Positions 11,650 to 25,120 of a stretch of 64,000 bases of DNA are shown one piece after another. Both the position numbers and the translations under genes were made by a program. The notes beneath the pieces were generated by a model. It worked only from the letters and a program-made list of their open reading frames with translations. It was not told where the DNA came from and did not search any database. Position 1 is the first letter of the stretch; every line of letters starts with the position of its first letter. Source of the DNA: Lama glama (lineage: Eukaryota); assembly GCA_028534125.1 (NCBI GenBank), contig CM052817.1:82710001-82774000 (forward strand). Direction: 5' to 3'.

Positions 11650-13910
11650 TTTGAACAGAATTTTCCCAAGTGAAATATAAATGACAAAAAGAAAAACTAA
11701 TACAAACCAAGACAAAATTCTTCAGCAAGAAAATTAGAAAGAAACATAAGTAAAGGATACATTTTAGCGCTTCCTTTGGTAAAAAAAAAAAAAAAATCGT
11801 TCCGGACAATAAATTATTTGTTTCATGTGTTCTTTTTAGTGCCAAGTAAGTTATGAGACACCAAAATAAGATGAAATGGAACTGTCAGAGCAAAGTCAAT
11901 GAATTAAAGTGAAAAAAACACGATCACATAATCAAAACCTAATAAGAACATCAGATCAACTATAGAATCCAGGCTTAAGAAAGATCACAAATTGTTACAG
12001 TAGCAGAAGAATAAAGGTGAAGAATCAGAGAATAACAGATGTGATGGTGTCAACCTAGGCTATAATGCCCAGTAGTTTGATTAAATGAAACACCAATCTA
12101 GGTGTTGCTATGAAAGTGTTCTGTAGATGTGGTAAATTAACATCTACTATTAATTGACTTTAAGTATATTATCCTCCTCCTTGACGTGGTGGGCCTCACC
12201 CAATCAGTTGAAGCCCTTAAGAACAAACTATGGTTTCCCTGAAGAAAAATTCTGCCTCAAGGTTATAGCATCATTCCTAATAGAGATTTTTCAACATATG
12301 AATCTGCCATATGGATTTGTTCCTTGCCAGCCCCCATGATCCTGTAAGTTAATTCCTTGAAATAAACCTCTATCCTTAATAGATAGATGGATAGTACATA
12401 GATACCCAGATGGAGAGACAGACATCTTGCTGGTTTTGTTTTTCTGGAGAACTCTGACTGATACAGTAGGTACAAAAGATAGACACTAAACAAAGACCTA
12501 AAATATTTCCTGGTAAGTCTGAAAAAATACATTCAGAGATGCCATAAACTCAGTTTTTCCTAAATTAAAGGAATATATGTATTTTCAAACTTATATATCT
12601 TACTTTGGGTCAGGAAAAATTAATGAGAGACAATTTAATCATATCATCATGCAGTTAGTTATCATCAATAGTTTAAAGATAGAATGTTTTAAGAATCCTG
12701 GCCGACTAATTGGATCTTCTACAAAGAACAGAAAATAAGGATGACCACAGCCCTCTTAACAACATGAGATGACAGAGAAAATGAGCCAATGTGTATAGAG
12801 TTTTAATGGAGAAAATGATGTAAAACAAGGATTTGTAAATCATTCAAGTTTTTTTTTCCACTGAAGAAAATAGAAATATACTATCATATAAGGAAAAAAA
12901 AACGAAAGGATAATACTCATATACCTTTCCTAAACCATGAAATCAGCAAAAAAATATATACTTCAATGTCTGAGTCAATTCTTGTGTTTTTGGGTAAAGT
13001 ATCTAAAAAAGAAAAAAAAACCAAAAACACAAAAACTTCTTTCCTCCAGAAGGTAGCTCTGAGGAGCCTTAGATTATAGATGAATCCCAGAAAATATGGG
13101 AATAAGGATTGATTTTATAATTTAAGGTAAATGTTAATTTAAAAATTAAAAAGTCCAAGAAAGTCTAAAAAAATGAGTTAGTAAAAAAAAAAATTAAGTG
13201 AAAAAAGTGGCAAACATTTTCATTAGAAAATAGTTAAAATATGTAACTTCTTTCACAAGAATACAAATGAACTACGTATAAAATAACCTCTTTGAAACTC
13301 AAAAAATTCCAAGAAAATAGTCACAGATTTCTTCTGCCTATAAAATTAAAAACTATGTAAATTTTGCCAACTTCAGTGTTAGCCAGGCTGTGAGGTAACA
13401 GGAGATGTCTCTGAATTGTTAATAGGAGTATAAGCAGACACAGCCTGTTTGAAATCCCTTTGTTTGCAATACATATTTGTTCTCTAAGTTTAAAATGTAG
13501 GTACTTTTAGCCTCAGCACTTCCAATATTAGAAAGGTACACCATGGTAGGTAACTACATAAATTTGCAAAGAATCGTGTACATAGAGCTGTTTTTTTACG
13601 GTGCTATATAAAACAGTGAAAACTTATAAACAGCAGTTTTTAATTGGTTAAATAAATTATAATACATTCACAGATTAGTACATAATGCAGGCACTATAAT
13701 TATGATGGATACCTATATCTGTTTATGGAAATAACCACAAATATAAATTTGAAAAAAAGGTTGAGAAAGTAGTATCTTTAGAAAAATAATGCCTAAAAGT
13801 GTGTATAGAGTTCAGAGATATCAACAATTGTCAGCTACCTTTCTTCTATATAATTTTATATTGCTTGCATTTTCTGTAATGCACATTTGTGCTTTTTATG
13901 ATCAAAACTA
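11650..13910 (+). mobile_element. Highly decayed ancient L1 (L1ME-like) pieces, interrupted by an MLT2 LTR
   Basis: A-rich strand bias and faint L1 ORF1 and 3' motifs ('gttaataggagtataag', 'ggttaaataaattataatacattca'). Confidence 0.45.
12040..12465 (+). mobile_element. MLT2 (ERVL) solo LTR
   Basis: TGTGATGG start and 'tctggagaactctgactgataca' end; 'gtgggcctcacccaatcagttgaagccctt'; AATAAA at 12361. Confidence 0.88.
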
Positions 13911-14004
13911 TTTTATTTCAAGAAATCTTATAAACATTACTTTAAAAAGGATTCACTGATGATTTGGATATTATATGGAAATTGTGTTCTATAATATATG
14001 TGTG

Positions 14005-14267
14005 TTTTTTCCTTTTTTTTCTGACCACCTTCATCCAGTTCCGTCTCTCCCCACCCCTGCCTCTGCTAACTACAAATCTGATCTCTTTTTGTGAGTCTGT
14101 TTCTTTTATTATTTTTTTTTTTGAAGTATAACAGACCTACAACACCATGTTAGCTCCTGGTACACAACATAGTGATTTGATATTTCTATTCTTTACAAAA
14201 TAATCACCATGGTAAGTCTAGAGACCATCTGTTACCACACAGATACCACATTATTACTGACTATATG
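14005..14267 (-). mobile_element. L1 3'UTR fragment
   Basis: 'ttttgaagtataacagacctacaacaccatgttagctcctggtacacaacatagtgatt' is an antisense L1 terminus. Confidence 0.7.
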
Positions 14268-16293
14268 GTTTTTTTAAATCTAGTCTTTATGTGAGATTCC
14301 ACTAAACAGCAAAGCATTAAGGAGGAGCTGCAGGAAACTATAACCTTACTTCATGTTTCAGATGTTTAGTCTTACTGTGATTACAATGTTAATAAAGAAT
14401 TCTAAAGGTAATGGAAAAAACCTCCCAAAATGCTTTCCCCCAAAATTTATAGCGATGAAGGGCAATGATACAGAACCAGTAGAAAATGTTTCAATACTGA
14501 CAAAACAAAGGCCAAAGTTTTAAAAGTTAATGAGATAATATTCTAGAAAGCAAACACATATAACCTAAGAGGGGTATCATTTTGGCTTTGTGTTTAGTAA
14601 TTCATTTTACAAGAAGCCCATTGCTGCCTATTATTTGCTCCACCTTTTAGACAAAAGATGCAAATTATGTGAAGGCCGGGTTGTGATATTAAGATCCAGT
14701 CTATCGGTGGGATTGGTATTCTTATCTCTCATAATCTATCCATTTACATTCATCAAAACACAATGTCACAGTTGAGTCAACCTGGAATATTTGAAGGCAA
14801 AATTTAACTTTATCACATGCTAACTGGGAGAATAAAAATGAAAATCCAAATCACAAAAACAAGAAAATGTCCAGTATATTCAAGGGTGAGGAATCAAATA
14901 GGCATGAATATTCTAGTTACCGAATAAGTCAATTTACTGTGAAGTAGAAATAAATCCTCTGATCTCATCACATGATATTTGAAATATCACTCAAAATTAT
15001 TCTTTTTGTGACACACTAACATCTCAATAAAATGTAGTGAGTGATAGAAATAATTTATACAGCAATGACCTGGACTACAGTTGAAAAGTCATAATCTTTT
15101 TATTCACATTTCCAGTAATCTTCTAGTTGACTTATTACCTCTCAAAGGACAAGCTTTTTTTAATCTTTTGTAAGTTGATGGGGAGGGGTTCTGTAACTGC
15201 TAACCACACAAACTACCAACACCAAGTTGTCAAGATCAAGCATAATGGCCCACCCATCATAGCCTCATAATCACCCACAGCATTTCAGCCCAGCCAGATC
15301 CTGATATTCTGTCTGGACCAGCCATATAAACGAAAGTCTGTCTATTAGCAGACCTGGCCCCCAAACTTAAGTCAGTTAAGTAATCCAAAGTCATATGGGA
15401 TGAACATTCCCCACTCTCCTAATTTATAGCCTCCTTAAGGACAAAAAGAAAGTTAGAAGCCAATGGTTGGGTTCAGTTGGTTTAGTGAGTGTGAAGGTGG
15501 CCTCTTGCAGAGCAGGGGGTCAGACAGTAGTCTGGAATCTATGCTTTAACTCTAAAGCAGCCATTTCACCGAGCCTCAGGGGTCATTTTATAGGTATTCT
15601 ATAAACATTTTATAGCTATTCTCTGGCTGTTCCTTTTTTATAACTGCCCATCTTGTCCCTTCTGGAGATGCTGACCCAGCAGGAGTTAAGTAATGGCTAG
15701 TTATGAAGATCAGAATGGACTGCTTTCTTCACCCACTCACCTTTCACCTACTGCTTAATGACACCCAACGGTTCCCAGCACAACAAAGAGATATCTGCAG
15801 GAGGTGGTCTGAAAGGACGAACTAGAGGAACTTTAGACCTGAAAATCTTACTTCTGCCACTTTGTGAATAAATGGCCCATGCTACTGTGCTTCCTTGAAT
15901 ACTGGCAGGGGTGTATTTAATTCAGAAAAAAATGCAACTGAATCTGATATGGGAAGTACCATGCGAAGGTACAAAAGACTTGGTAAGGTTTCCTACTTTG
16001 CCATTCTGAGAGATAAATAAAATTAAAATTGTTTAACTGAGGTATAGTTGATTTAAGTAAAATTCTTTGCATAGTTCTCACATAACAGTTAAGGAAAAAT
16101 TCAGTGCCCACTTTTGAGATTATGTGTCTAAGCAATCTATGCTACAGAAGGAAAAATAATATTTAAACTTATGTTTCTCTTAAAATACCACAGAATTTTT
16201 AGTTTCTGTCCAGTCTAGCTCTGATGTATTTTAAATTTCAATACAGAAACACTGTGGATAAAAATGTACAACAATAAGTAATATTTTGGTTGC

Positions 16294-16699
16294 TGTGATG
16301 GTTAGTCTCACGGGTCAACTTGACTATGCTGCAGTACCCAGTTATTTAACCAGACATTAATCTAGATGTTGCCGGGAAGGTATTTTGTAGAGATGTACAA
16401 AGCCGATAGTAAACTGACTTTAAGTAAAGGAGATAACTCCTGATTATTTTGATAGGCCTCATTCAATAAGATGAAAGCCGTCAGAATAAAAACTAGATGT
16501 CGCAGAAAAGAAATGCTACCTCAAGACTTCAGCATAAAATCCAGCTGAGCGTCGAGCCTTTTGGGCTGCCCTGTATGTTTCAGATTTGTCACCCCCACAA
16601 CTGCATGAGTCTATTTCCTAAAATAAATCTCCTTATTTATTTGTTTTGTTTGTTTGAATTCTATTTGTTTTGTTTCTCTGAAAAAGCCTAATTGATGCA
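16294..16699 (+). mobile_element. MLT2 (ERVL) solo LTR
   Basis: 'tgtgatggttagtctcacgggtcaacttgact...gactttaagtaaaggagataac...aataaatctc...ttgatgca'; similar to 12040-12465. Confidence 0.88.
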
Positions 16700-16754
16700 G
16701 TTATTAAATTTTAAATTTATCAGAAGATATACATAAAATTATCTTAGGAAATAC

Positions 16755-18775
16755 AAAGTGTGTACAGAAAAAATTATAAGGAATCCACACACATACATTA
16801 GAGTAACTCTCTGAGTTCAGTGAGTATGCAGAGGATAAGCTCAACATACAAAAGTCAATTGCATTCTACACACTGGCAATGATCAACTTGAAAATCAAAG
16901 TAAGGAAAAATTTCACTTCTACTAGCATTTCAAATAATAAAATACTTGGGAATAAACTTAACAAAAGACGTGCAAAACTTACACACTGAAAACTACAGAA
17001 TACTGTTGGAAGAAAGTAAAGACCAAATTAATGCAATGATATTTCAAGTTCATGAGCTGGAAAATGTAATATTGTTTAGGTGCCAATACTTCCCAAAGTG
17101 ATTCACATATTCAAAGCTATCCTTTATCAAAATTCTAGCTGGTTTATTTTAGAATTCATCAATTGAATCTGAAATTCATATGGAAATTCAAGGAGTCCAA
17201 AATGACAATCTTGAAAAAAAGAACAAAGCTGGAAGATTCACACTTTCAAATTTTAAAACTTATGACAAACAAATCTACAATAATCAAGACACTATGTTCT
17301 TATTAAAAAAAAGGTTAATATGTTAGATGAAAGATTTGTTAATTAACTCAATGGGAGGAATTGTTTCACAAAGCATATGTAAATCAAATCATCATGTTAC
17401 ATTTTAAACATCATACAATTGTATTTGTCAATTATATCTCAATAAAGCTAAAGGGCAGGGCATTAATTTTTCTTAAAGACATTGTCCTACTGTTATAAGA
17501 AGAGATACACAGATCAACAGAATAGAATTGAGAATCCAGAAATAAACTCCTGTATTTACAGTCAACCAATTCTCAGTAAGAGTGCCAAAAATTCAATGAG
17601 GAAAGAAGTCTTTTCAACAGATAGTACTGGGACAATGGGAAAGCCTCCTGTGAACAAAGAACTTGGACCCTACCTCATACGACATAAAACAGTTACCTAA
17701 AAAATGGATCAAATGTCTCATTTAAAAGCGACAACTCTGAAATTCTTGAAAAAATATTTATGTGTAAATGTTCACATTCAGGGGCTAGGTAATGGTTTCT
17801 TATATATGATCCTAAGGCACAAGCAACAAAAGAGAATTAAATAAATTGGACTTTGTTGACTTTTTAAAAAACTTTGCTTCACAGACAATGTCAAGAAAGT
17901 GAAAAGATAACCACTGAGTGAGTGAAAATATTTGCAAAGCATGTATCTAGTAAGAGACTAGTAACTATAATATATATAAAAGTAACTATTATACATAATA
18001 TATAAAAGAACTAAACTCAACAGTAAAAAGACAATTAGCTCAATTTAAAAATTGGCAAAGGAACTGAATAGATAGTTCTCCAGAGAAGATGTACAACCAG
18101 ACAATAAGCACATGAAAACAATGTCCAGCATCACTGGTCACTAGGAAAATTCACATCAAAGTCACAATGAGATACCATTACACATACTTCATATAATTTA
18201 AAAGGCACATAATGTTGTCCATCTTTTTGATTACAAACTACAAATTACTAATGTTGGTGAGAATGTGCAGAAGTTTGAACCTTCATACATTACTGGTGGT
18301 AGTATAAAATGATGCATGTGCTTTGGAAAATAGTTTGACAGTTAAACAGAGTTACTATATGACCAAACAATTCTACTCTTAGGTGTGTACCTAAGAGAAA
18401 CGACAACATATGACTGCACAAAAATTTGCACACTAATGTTAATAGAACCATTATTTGTAACAGCCCCAAAAGATAAGTAACCTAAATGCCCATCCCTCAG
18501 GAATGAGAAAATACGCGCTCTATCCATATAATAGAACGTGATTCAGCAATAAAAAAGGGATGAAACACTGAGACATGCTACAACATTGATGAACACTGAA
18601 AATATCATGCTATGTTAAATAATCTAGACACAGAGGGCTGCATATTGCATGATTTCCTTTTTTATGTGTTATGTCCAGGATAGACAAATCCATGGAGAGC
18701 AGTGCTTACCAGGGCATGAGGTGGAGAGAGAAGAAGAGGAATGGCTGCTTACTGGGTGAGTAGTTTCCGTCCGTG
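16755..18775 (+). mobile_element. L1MB/MC-type ORF2 3' half and 3'UTR, decayed
   Basis: ORF 17482..17700 shows DQQNRIENPEIN; 'aaatacttgggaataaacttaacaaaaga'; many stops and frameshifts. Confidence 0.9.
17305..17475 (+). mobile_element. Nested short L1MA-type 3' end
   Basis: 'atcaaatcatcatgttacattttaaac...gtcaattatatctcaataaagct' interrupts the host L1 ORF2. Confidence 0.7.
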
Positions 18776-19391
18776 TGAAAGTTAGCGTAAAAAGCATGTT
18801 CTGCCTTTGACTAATTTCTCTTCCACAACCTCCAATTTGAGATTTACTGAATGTCTTTGCAAATTATTTTAGATATATAACAAAGATGATTTAGTCAAGT
18901 TTGCTATTCTCTGTTTTCCAGAATAATCACTTGAAGGCACGGTCATGATACGCTCTTATTTGCACACCTGGGCTTTGATGTGATATTCTATTCTAGAACT
19001 TTTCTCCTCTCCTGCCCACCTCCAATGCCACCTCAGAATTCCTCGTCATGCACCCTAGTCGCGGCCAAGGAGAGCAGTAAGCCCTATGGCATGTGCTTCT
19101 GTTGCTTGCTCCAGTCTCCCCTTTTACCTGAAATGTTTCCTCCCCATTTTGAAACTAGAGAATGAAGAAAAAAGAAACAATAGAAAGTGACAGAATTATG
19201 TCAAATAGCTTTAAATTGAGAGACTATTACAGTTAGTGGTCATTCATCACAAGCGTGCCGCTGGCCACTCTTACAACCTGGTAAAGGCTATTGTCTCATT
19301 TTACAAACCCTCTGCCCACAACTTGCTGTATGTTTTCATAGTTAGAATCATGACAGAGACAGAGATACACATGTGGATATACAGAGATATA

Positions 19392-19634
19392 CAGTTGGTC
19401 CTTGAACAACACAGGTTTGAACTGCACAAGTCCACTTACACATGGATTTTTTTTTTAACTGAATACACTCAACAGTATTACATGATCAGAGGTCGGTTGA
19501 ATCCATGGATGTGGACATTTAGATAAGAAGGACCAACTATAAAGTTTTATGAAGATTTTCTACTGTACAGTGGTTGGCACCCCTAACCCCTGTGTTGTTC
19601 AAGAGTCAACTGCATGTTGTTCAAGAGTCAACTG
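19392..19634. mobile_element. Tigger2-family MITE (TcMar-Tigger) with duplicated right TIR
   Basis: Left TIR 'cagttggtccttgaacaacacagg'; right TIR 'cctgtgttgttcaagagtcaactg'; TA on both outer sides. Confidence 0.88.
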
Positions 19635-20078
19635 TACATACACACATAAACACACAATAAGGGATTTCATGTGGAAGATAACATTGATGTCTAATTTAAA
19701 GAGTTAGAATACTAGCAAATATATAACTATCTCTAGTTGGTTTAGTACTTTATACTCTTCAAACACATTTATCAGCGTTAGAGTGCTCCCTCTTGTCACC
19801 CACTCTGCCCTCTCTGGTCTCTGACTGGAGGCTTAGCAAGGGTGATTTATCCATGGTTATGCATTTGTTCCGGGGCTAAGCCTGGGACTATGGTCTACAA
19901 ATCAAGTGTTATTTTCATTAAACGTATGGAAATAACAGAAAAGATTTTTTCTCATGGATTCAAAACTTCAACTGAGTCTACCTGTTGCAAAGCAGACACT
20001 GTAACATACTTTTTCTTTATCCTATATCCTAAAATGGAGAATTTCATAGATTAAAAATCTCTGAATTACTTTCAGGTT

Positions 20079-20582
20079 CAGTACTCCCCCTCATCCATGG
20101 TCTCACTTTCTGAGGTTTCAGTTACCTGATGGTCAACTGACAAACACAGTCTGAAAATATTACATGGAAAATTCCAGAAATAAACAATTCATAGGTTGTC
20201 CCTTGTGCACCATTCTTAGTGTGATGAAATCTCATGCACTGCCGTCCTGAGATATGAATCACCCTTTTACCCTGAGTGTCCAGCCTGTACATCACACGGT
20301 AGTCACCTCAGTCATCAGGTCGACTGTCATGATATCACAGTGCTAATGTCCAAGGAACCCCATTTTACTTAATAATGGCCCCAATAAGCAAAAAGTAGTG
20401 ATGCTGGCAACTTGGATATGCCAAAGAGAAGCCATGAAGTGCTTCCTTTAAGAGATTAGATCAATGTTCTTGACTTAATAAGGAAAGAAAACAAAGTGTA
20501 CGTTGAAGTTGCCACAGTCTACAGTAAACCAAATCTTCTACTCATGAAATTGTAAAGAAGGAAAAAGAAACTTGTGCTAGTT
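20079..20582 (+). mobile_element. MER44/Tigger7-family DNA transposon, truncated by the gap
   Basis: 'cagtactccccctcatccatgg...ggaaaattccagaaataaacaattcata...aataatggcccca...tgatgctggcaacttggatatgccaaagagaagcc'. Confidence 0.88.
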
Positions 20583-21082
20583 NNNNNNNNNNNNNNNNNN
20601 NNNNNNNNNNNNNNNNNNNNNNNNNNNNNNNNNNNNNNNNNNNNNNNNNNNNNNNNNNNNNNNNNNNNNNNNNNNNNNNNNNNNNNNNNNNNNNNNNNNN
20701 NNNNNNNNNNNNNNNNNNNNNNNNNNNNNNNNNNNNNNNNNNNNNNNNNNNNNNNNNNNNNNNNNNNNNNNNNNNNNNNNNNNNNNNNNNNNNNNNNNNN
20801 NNNNNNNNNNNNNNNNNNNNNNNNNNNNNNNNNNNNNNNNNNNNNNNNNNNNNNNNNNNNNNNNNNNNNNNNNNNNNNNNNNNNNNNNNNNNNNNNNNNN
20901 NNNNNNNNNNNNNNNNNNNNNNNNNNNNNNNNNNNNNNNNNNNNNNNNNNNNNNNNNNNNNNNNNNNNNNNNNNNNNNNNNNNNNNNNNNNNNNNNNNNN
21001 NNNNNNNNNNNNNNNNNNNNNNNNNNNNNNNNNNNNNNNNNNNNNNNNNNNNNNNNNNNNNNNNNNNNNNNNNNNNNNNNNN
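20583..21082. other. Assembly gap (500 N)
   Basis: Run of exactly 500 N. Confidence 1.
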
Positions 21083-22281
21083 TACAGGTCTGCAAAGAAT
21101 TACTTGGTAGCAATCAGAATGAACTGCACAGCTTATGTCCAAGGCTTTCTCATGTGGCATAAACACCAGCAAATGGTATGGTAATTCTCCTTGATTGCAC
21201 TAGTTGGGGGAATGTAGCAGAAGTAGCCAAAAGCTAGTTAAAGGCATGCTATCTGCTGGGCTACGTGTCAAAAAATAGCTAAGTATGTGCACTGTCAACT
21301 TTATATATATATATAATTAAATATAGAATTTATATCTAAGTTTTATCAATGAGTAACAAGTGGTATTAGGAATGCAGAGCCATTTAGTATACAGATATTG
21401 AGTTTTAGGATTTGCTTGAGCTAAAGCGGAATTCAGCACAGTTAGTACAGCTTTCTAACTCTCCCACAGCATAGTGCTAGTCTCCATATGATTGTTGTTG
21501 TTTACAAATACTGTGGCTATTCAGGGACAATAGAGGAATACAATGAATAGAAGAAAACTGATATTCTCATTTTAAAACTACAATTCTTGCCTCATCTTAA
21601 ATGTTTCTCACTTCTTGTACCCAAATTTTATGATTTTTGTATCAAATCAAACTTCCAAAGAGAACCTCAGAGTACTAGCAGCTTATAGTTACTACGCAAA
21701 CAAAACCCTAATGACACCAGCATTCGTACCTCTAATTCAAAGCATAAACACCGTAACACTAATACCGTGGTGCTTCGGTTCAAAGTAGGATTTCAGCCTT
21801 CAAAACATCTCTCTTATTCGGCTGGAGTTCTGAAGCATCAGGTCACTGGTATCAGGACATCCTGAAGAATGTCAAAAGGGAACTAAAATTCCGGATTATG
21901 GGGATTTTCATATTAGATAAAAAGAAGAGTGACATATAGCACAAAGAATGTCAGATATATGACTGAAAAAACACTTCAGATGAAGTTTCCATCTTCTGCT
22001 TGAACTAAGGCTGTGTCATGTATTCTGTGGTGCAGAGGGTAGTTGGAATACTATTAGAGCAAGAAAAAGTTCCTCCAAAGAATATGGCAAGAGTGATGGT
22101 GGATTCTACTCTTCTATAAAATGTTAAAACAATAATAAAATACAAGGCTATTCTCTAATGTGCAACAACATCAGAAAAGACAAAAATAATATCTTAAATT
22201 AGTAAATTAAATTCTAAGGCTGAAAACAAGCTAATTATCTATTTTTAGCCCTTACGTTGGGAACAAAAGATGATATACCAA

Positions 22282-22482
22282 ATTCCTAATATTTAAGGTG
22301 CATATACTGTGTACCAGGCTTTGTGCTAAGAAAATTATGAACATAAATTCATTTATTTCCAGAAAAACCCTCAACTATAAGAACTATGAATGGTCCCTTT
22401 TTACTAAAAAGAAATGCAATCTTAGAAGAATAAGTAACTTCCCCAAGTTCAACCAATTAAGTGATTGAAACAGGATGCGAAG
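22282..22482 (-). mobile_element. MIR SINE
   Basis: 'tactgtgtaccaggctttgtgctaag...taagtaacttccccaagttca'. Confidence 0.75.
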
Positions 22483-23249
22483 GGCTCAAAAGTTATTATC
22501 TAAGGGTGACATTTAAAAACATATCCAAATATTGTCAATAATTTATACTTCATTAAGAATAAATTTCAGAGCATTTCTGAAAGGCCGTTTTATATTATTT
22601 AAAAAAATTTTACCAAAAAAAAGAAAGACTACCAGTAGAATTTAATTTCCTCTAATTATGTATAAATACCATGTTGAGACAAATCTCTCATCACACCGCT
22701 AAAACTGTAAAGAGGCATCTTCAACAGTTTTTTAACTAAGAAGTGGTTCATTTTTGCTCGGGAACTCTAAAGTCCATTCACATCAGACAGACTGTAGGAG
22801 TGATCAGGGGATTGTTTTTTTTTTTCTTTTTTGGTTTTTTTCCCCCCTCAGTGGTAGACGTTACGGAGGAGGAAGGAAACGATAGAATTTGGAAAGGTTT
22901 ATTATGATGCTGGTTCATGCCTTATATGGGAAATTTCTCTCTTTACAGGGTCACATTTTGACCAGGGTCAATGGAAAATAATTTTGAATCTTGAGAAAAT
23001 TACAGGGTTTATCTTACAGTCTTGGAAGGTACATCTGTAAGGACACTCAAATAAGCCGTCATGTTATTGCTATTTCTTTAGAAAAGCCAAGTAAATAAGT
23101 ATACGGGGATTACATCAATTTAAGCAGAAGTTCCTATCCAAAGCTCAAGATTGGATGAAAACAGGGTGAAACTTCCCGAAAGGCAGATGGTGTTTCTACT
23201 CTAACGGTTAACTTGACAACAGAAGGGAAGAAATGAAGAAAGCAAACTT

Positions 23250-23432
23250 TAGCTCATCCTGGTTTGTAGTTCTCTCAGTAATGACCAAGTATAAGATCTC
23301 AGGCAGGATAGCATTTAATCTGTCTGAACTTCAGTGTCCTTATCTATGAAAGATATATATACAATACCAAAAATGGTTATAAATAATGCCTGAGAGGGTA
23401 AGTGTTCCAAAACTAGCAACTATTATCATCAT
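23250..23432 (+). mobile_element. MIR SINE (degenerate)
   Basis: 'atttaatctgtctgaacttcagtgtccttatctatgaaa' core. Confidence 0.6.
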
Positions 23433-24514
23433 TAAGGCAACTGAAGCTTTAGCCTTACAACTATTTTTAGTAGTTGCTTTGGGTCTCCATTTTAGCAGTG
23501 CTTCCTCAAAATTATTTCTTAAAATATTAGATTTGAGATAAAAATGTGGGGACCTTTTAAAGTAAAGATTATAAAATAATGTAAATTGCAAATTTACTAA
23601 AATGGGAGTAGACTAATATAATATATAAACATTCCCCAAATTACTTTAAGTGTGGTATCTTTTTATTTTTCCTGTACGGTATTGATTGAACCCTGAGAAA
23701 ATACAATTGTAATGAGTGTTTATTACTTTCTCCTATGTGTTTTTTTGCAATAACCGGTAAACAATCATAAACTGAATAAATGTACCCACTGGCAGAAAAC
23801 AGGGCACAGACACAGGCACCTGAAAGACTTCAATTGATCTAGAAGACCTCCCGGTAGTCTCTAAGACTACCTTTCAAACTTCTGAATTCTACAATAAAGC
23901 AGAGGCTTAGGAAATTCTCTTTTCCTTTCCATTAATTCGTATAGGCACTTCTAATCGATATTCAAATTAAAAAAGTGGTTTAAAAAAAACCCAATTTCTC
24001 CCTCATAAGCTTGAATAGAGTTCAGGGTTCAACAGTGCATAAAATCCCAAGGATAAAACAGTAGAAAAGCTCTTCATCTCCATCCTGTTTATTCATCATA
24101 TAAGACCATCCCTGGATATAGGCACATGTTCATCCTAGAGCAGTGGGAGGGGAGAAAGGAAAGGCTGGATGTTCATTTCAGTAAAGGGCAACTACTACTT
24201 GAACTAAAGTAAAGAAGAAAACAGAACGCTTAGTAGAAGACCGGGGGAAGAACTTGCAACCTCAAGTACATATTCATTCTCTGGATAAAATCTGAGGGCC
24301 TAGTGTTCGGCTAGATGCCAGACGTGGAGCAGTTATGAAAACTGAAGCAGTCTTTGCATGTGCTTTAGTATCTGCTTGTTTTCCTTAGAAATCAGAAGTG
24401 TAAGGTGAAATGACCAGAGAGATTAAACTTGGGGGAAAAAAATAAAAGGTAAGAGTCCTGAGAGGTCAGTATTTATACTGTCCTTCCTTCCTTCCTTCAT
24501 TCACTTGTGATTCC

Positions 24515-24880
24515 CCCAGTGTCAAATGTTGCTGAGAAAGTAAGGAGAGGAATGAACCAGGGGAAATTTACCAAGGACAGTATTTAGTGGAGTGACGGCC
24601 CAGAGGCCATTTTGCAGTGGGTTTAAAAGAAACTGTTAGATGAAGAAACAGACACACTAATTATGAACATCTCATTTGAGAAGTTGGCTCCAAAGACAGG
24701 AAGAAACTACAGCCATAACTGGTCTGTTAATTCTGTTTTAATTGGATAAATGCAAGTGTTTAACGGAGAAATTTGAGACTTAAAAAGTGAATGCAGGGAA
24801 TTATAGTTGAGAGAGAGAAACTAAATATACTGGCAAGAGAAGGGATAATATCAGTGTAAATTTCTGAGGAATTAGGAGAA
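24515..24880 (-). mobile_element. L2 fragment
   Basis: 'cagtgtcaaatgttgctgaga...ttagtggagtga...ttgcagtgggttt...tttgagaagttggct'. Confidence 0.6.
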
Positions 24881-24989
24881 AGAAAAGAAATATACTTTCT
24901 ATAGGCAAAAGAAATACACTTTCTATACTTTCTCCTGCTTTTCAAAGGAGAGAAAGCGTCAACTTGTGTCTTCTTCATTTCAGCGCTAC

Positions 24990-25120
24990 TCTACTGTTAA
25001 TATGCCCCAAACCACCAGAGAACTGGTTAACTGCAGATTTAGATTTGGTAGGTCTACATTTCTAACACATTTCCAGGTGATGCCCGTGCTGCTGGTAGGC
25101 AACGCACATCTGGAGCAATG
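24990..25120. mobile_element. MER5A-like hAT-Charlie fragment
   Basis: 'gtaggtct...catttctaacacatttccaggtgatgcccgtgctgctggt'. Confidence 0.55.

Noticed and set aside
14649..14666. ACAAAAG-ATGCAAAT as a Sox-Oct composite site
   Set aside because: The Sox half is in the wrong orientation relative to the canonical composite, and a lone octamer is expected by chance.
20519..21172. Longest ORFs in the track (217, 178 and 178 aa)
   Set aside because: Artefacts of translating through the 500-N gap.
22849..22900. Possible micro-exon (VDVTEEEGNDRIWK) after a pyrimidine tract
   Set aside because: Weak donor (gtttat), unrecognised peptide and no neighbouring compatible exons.
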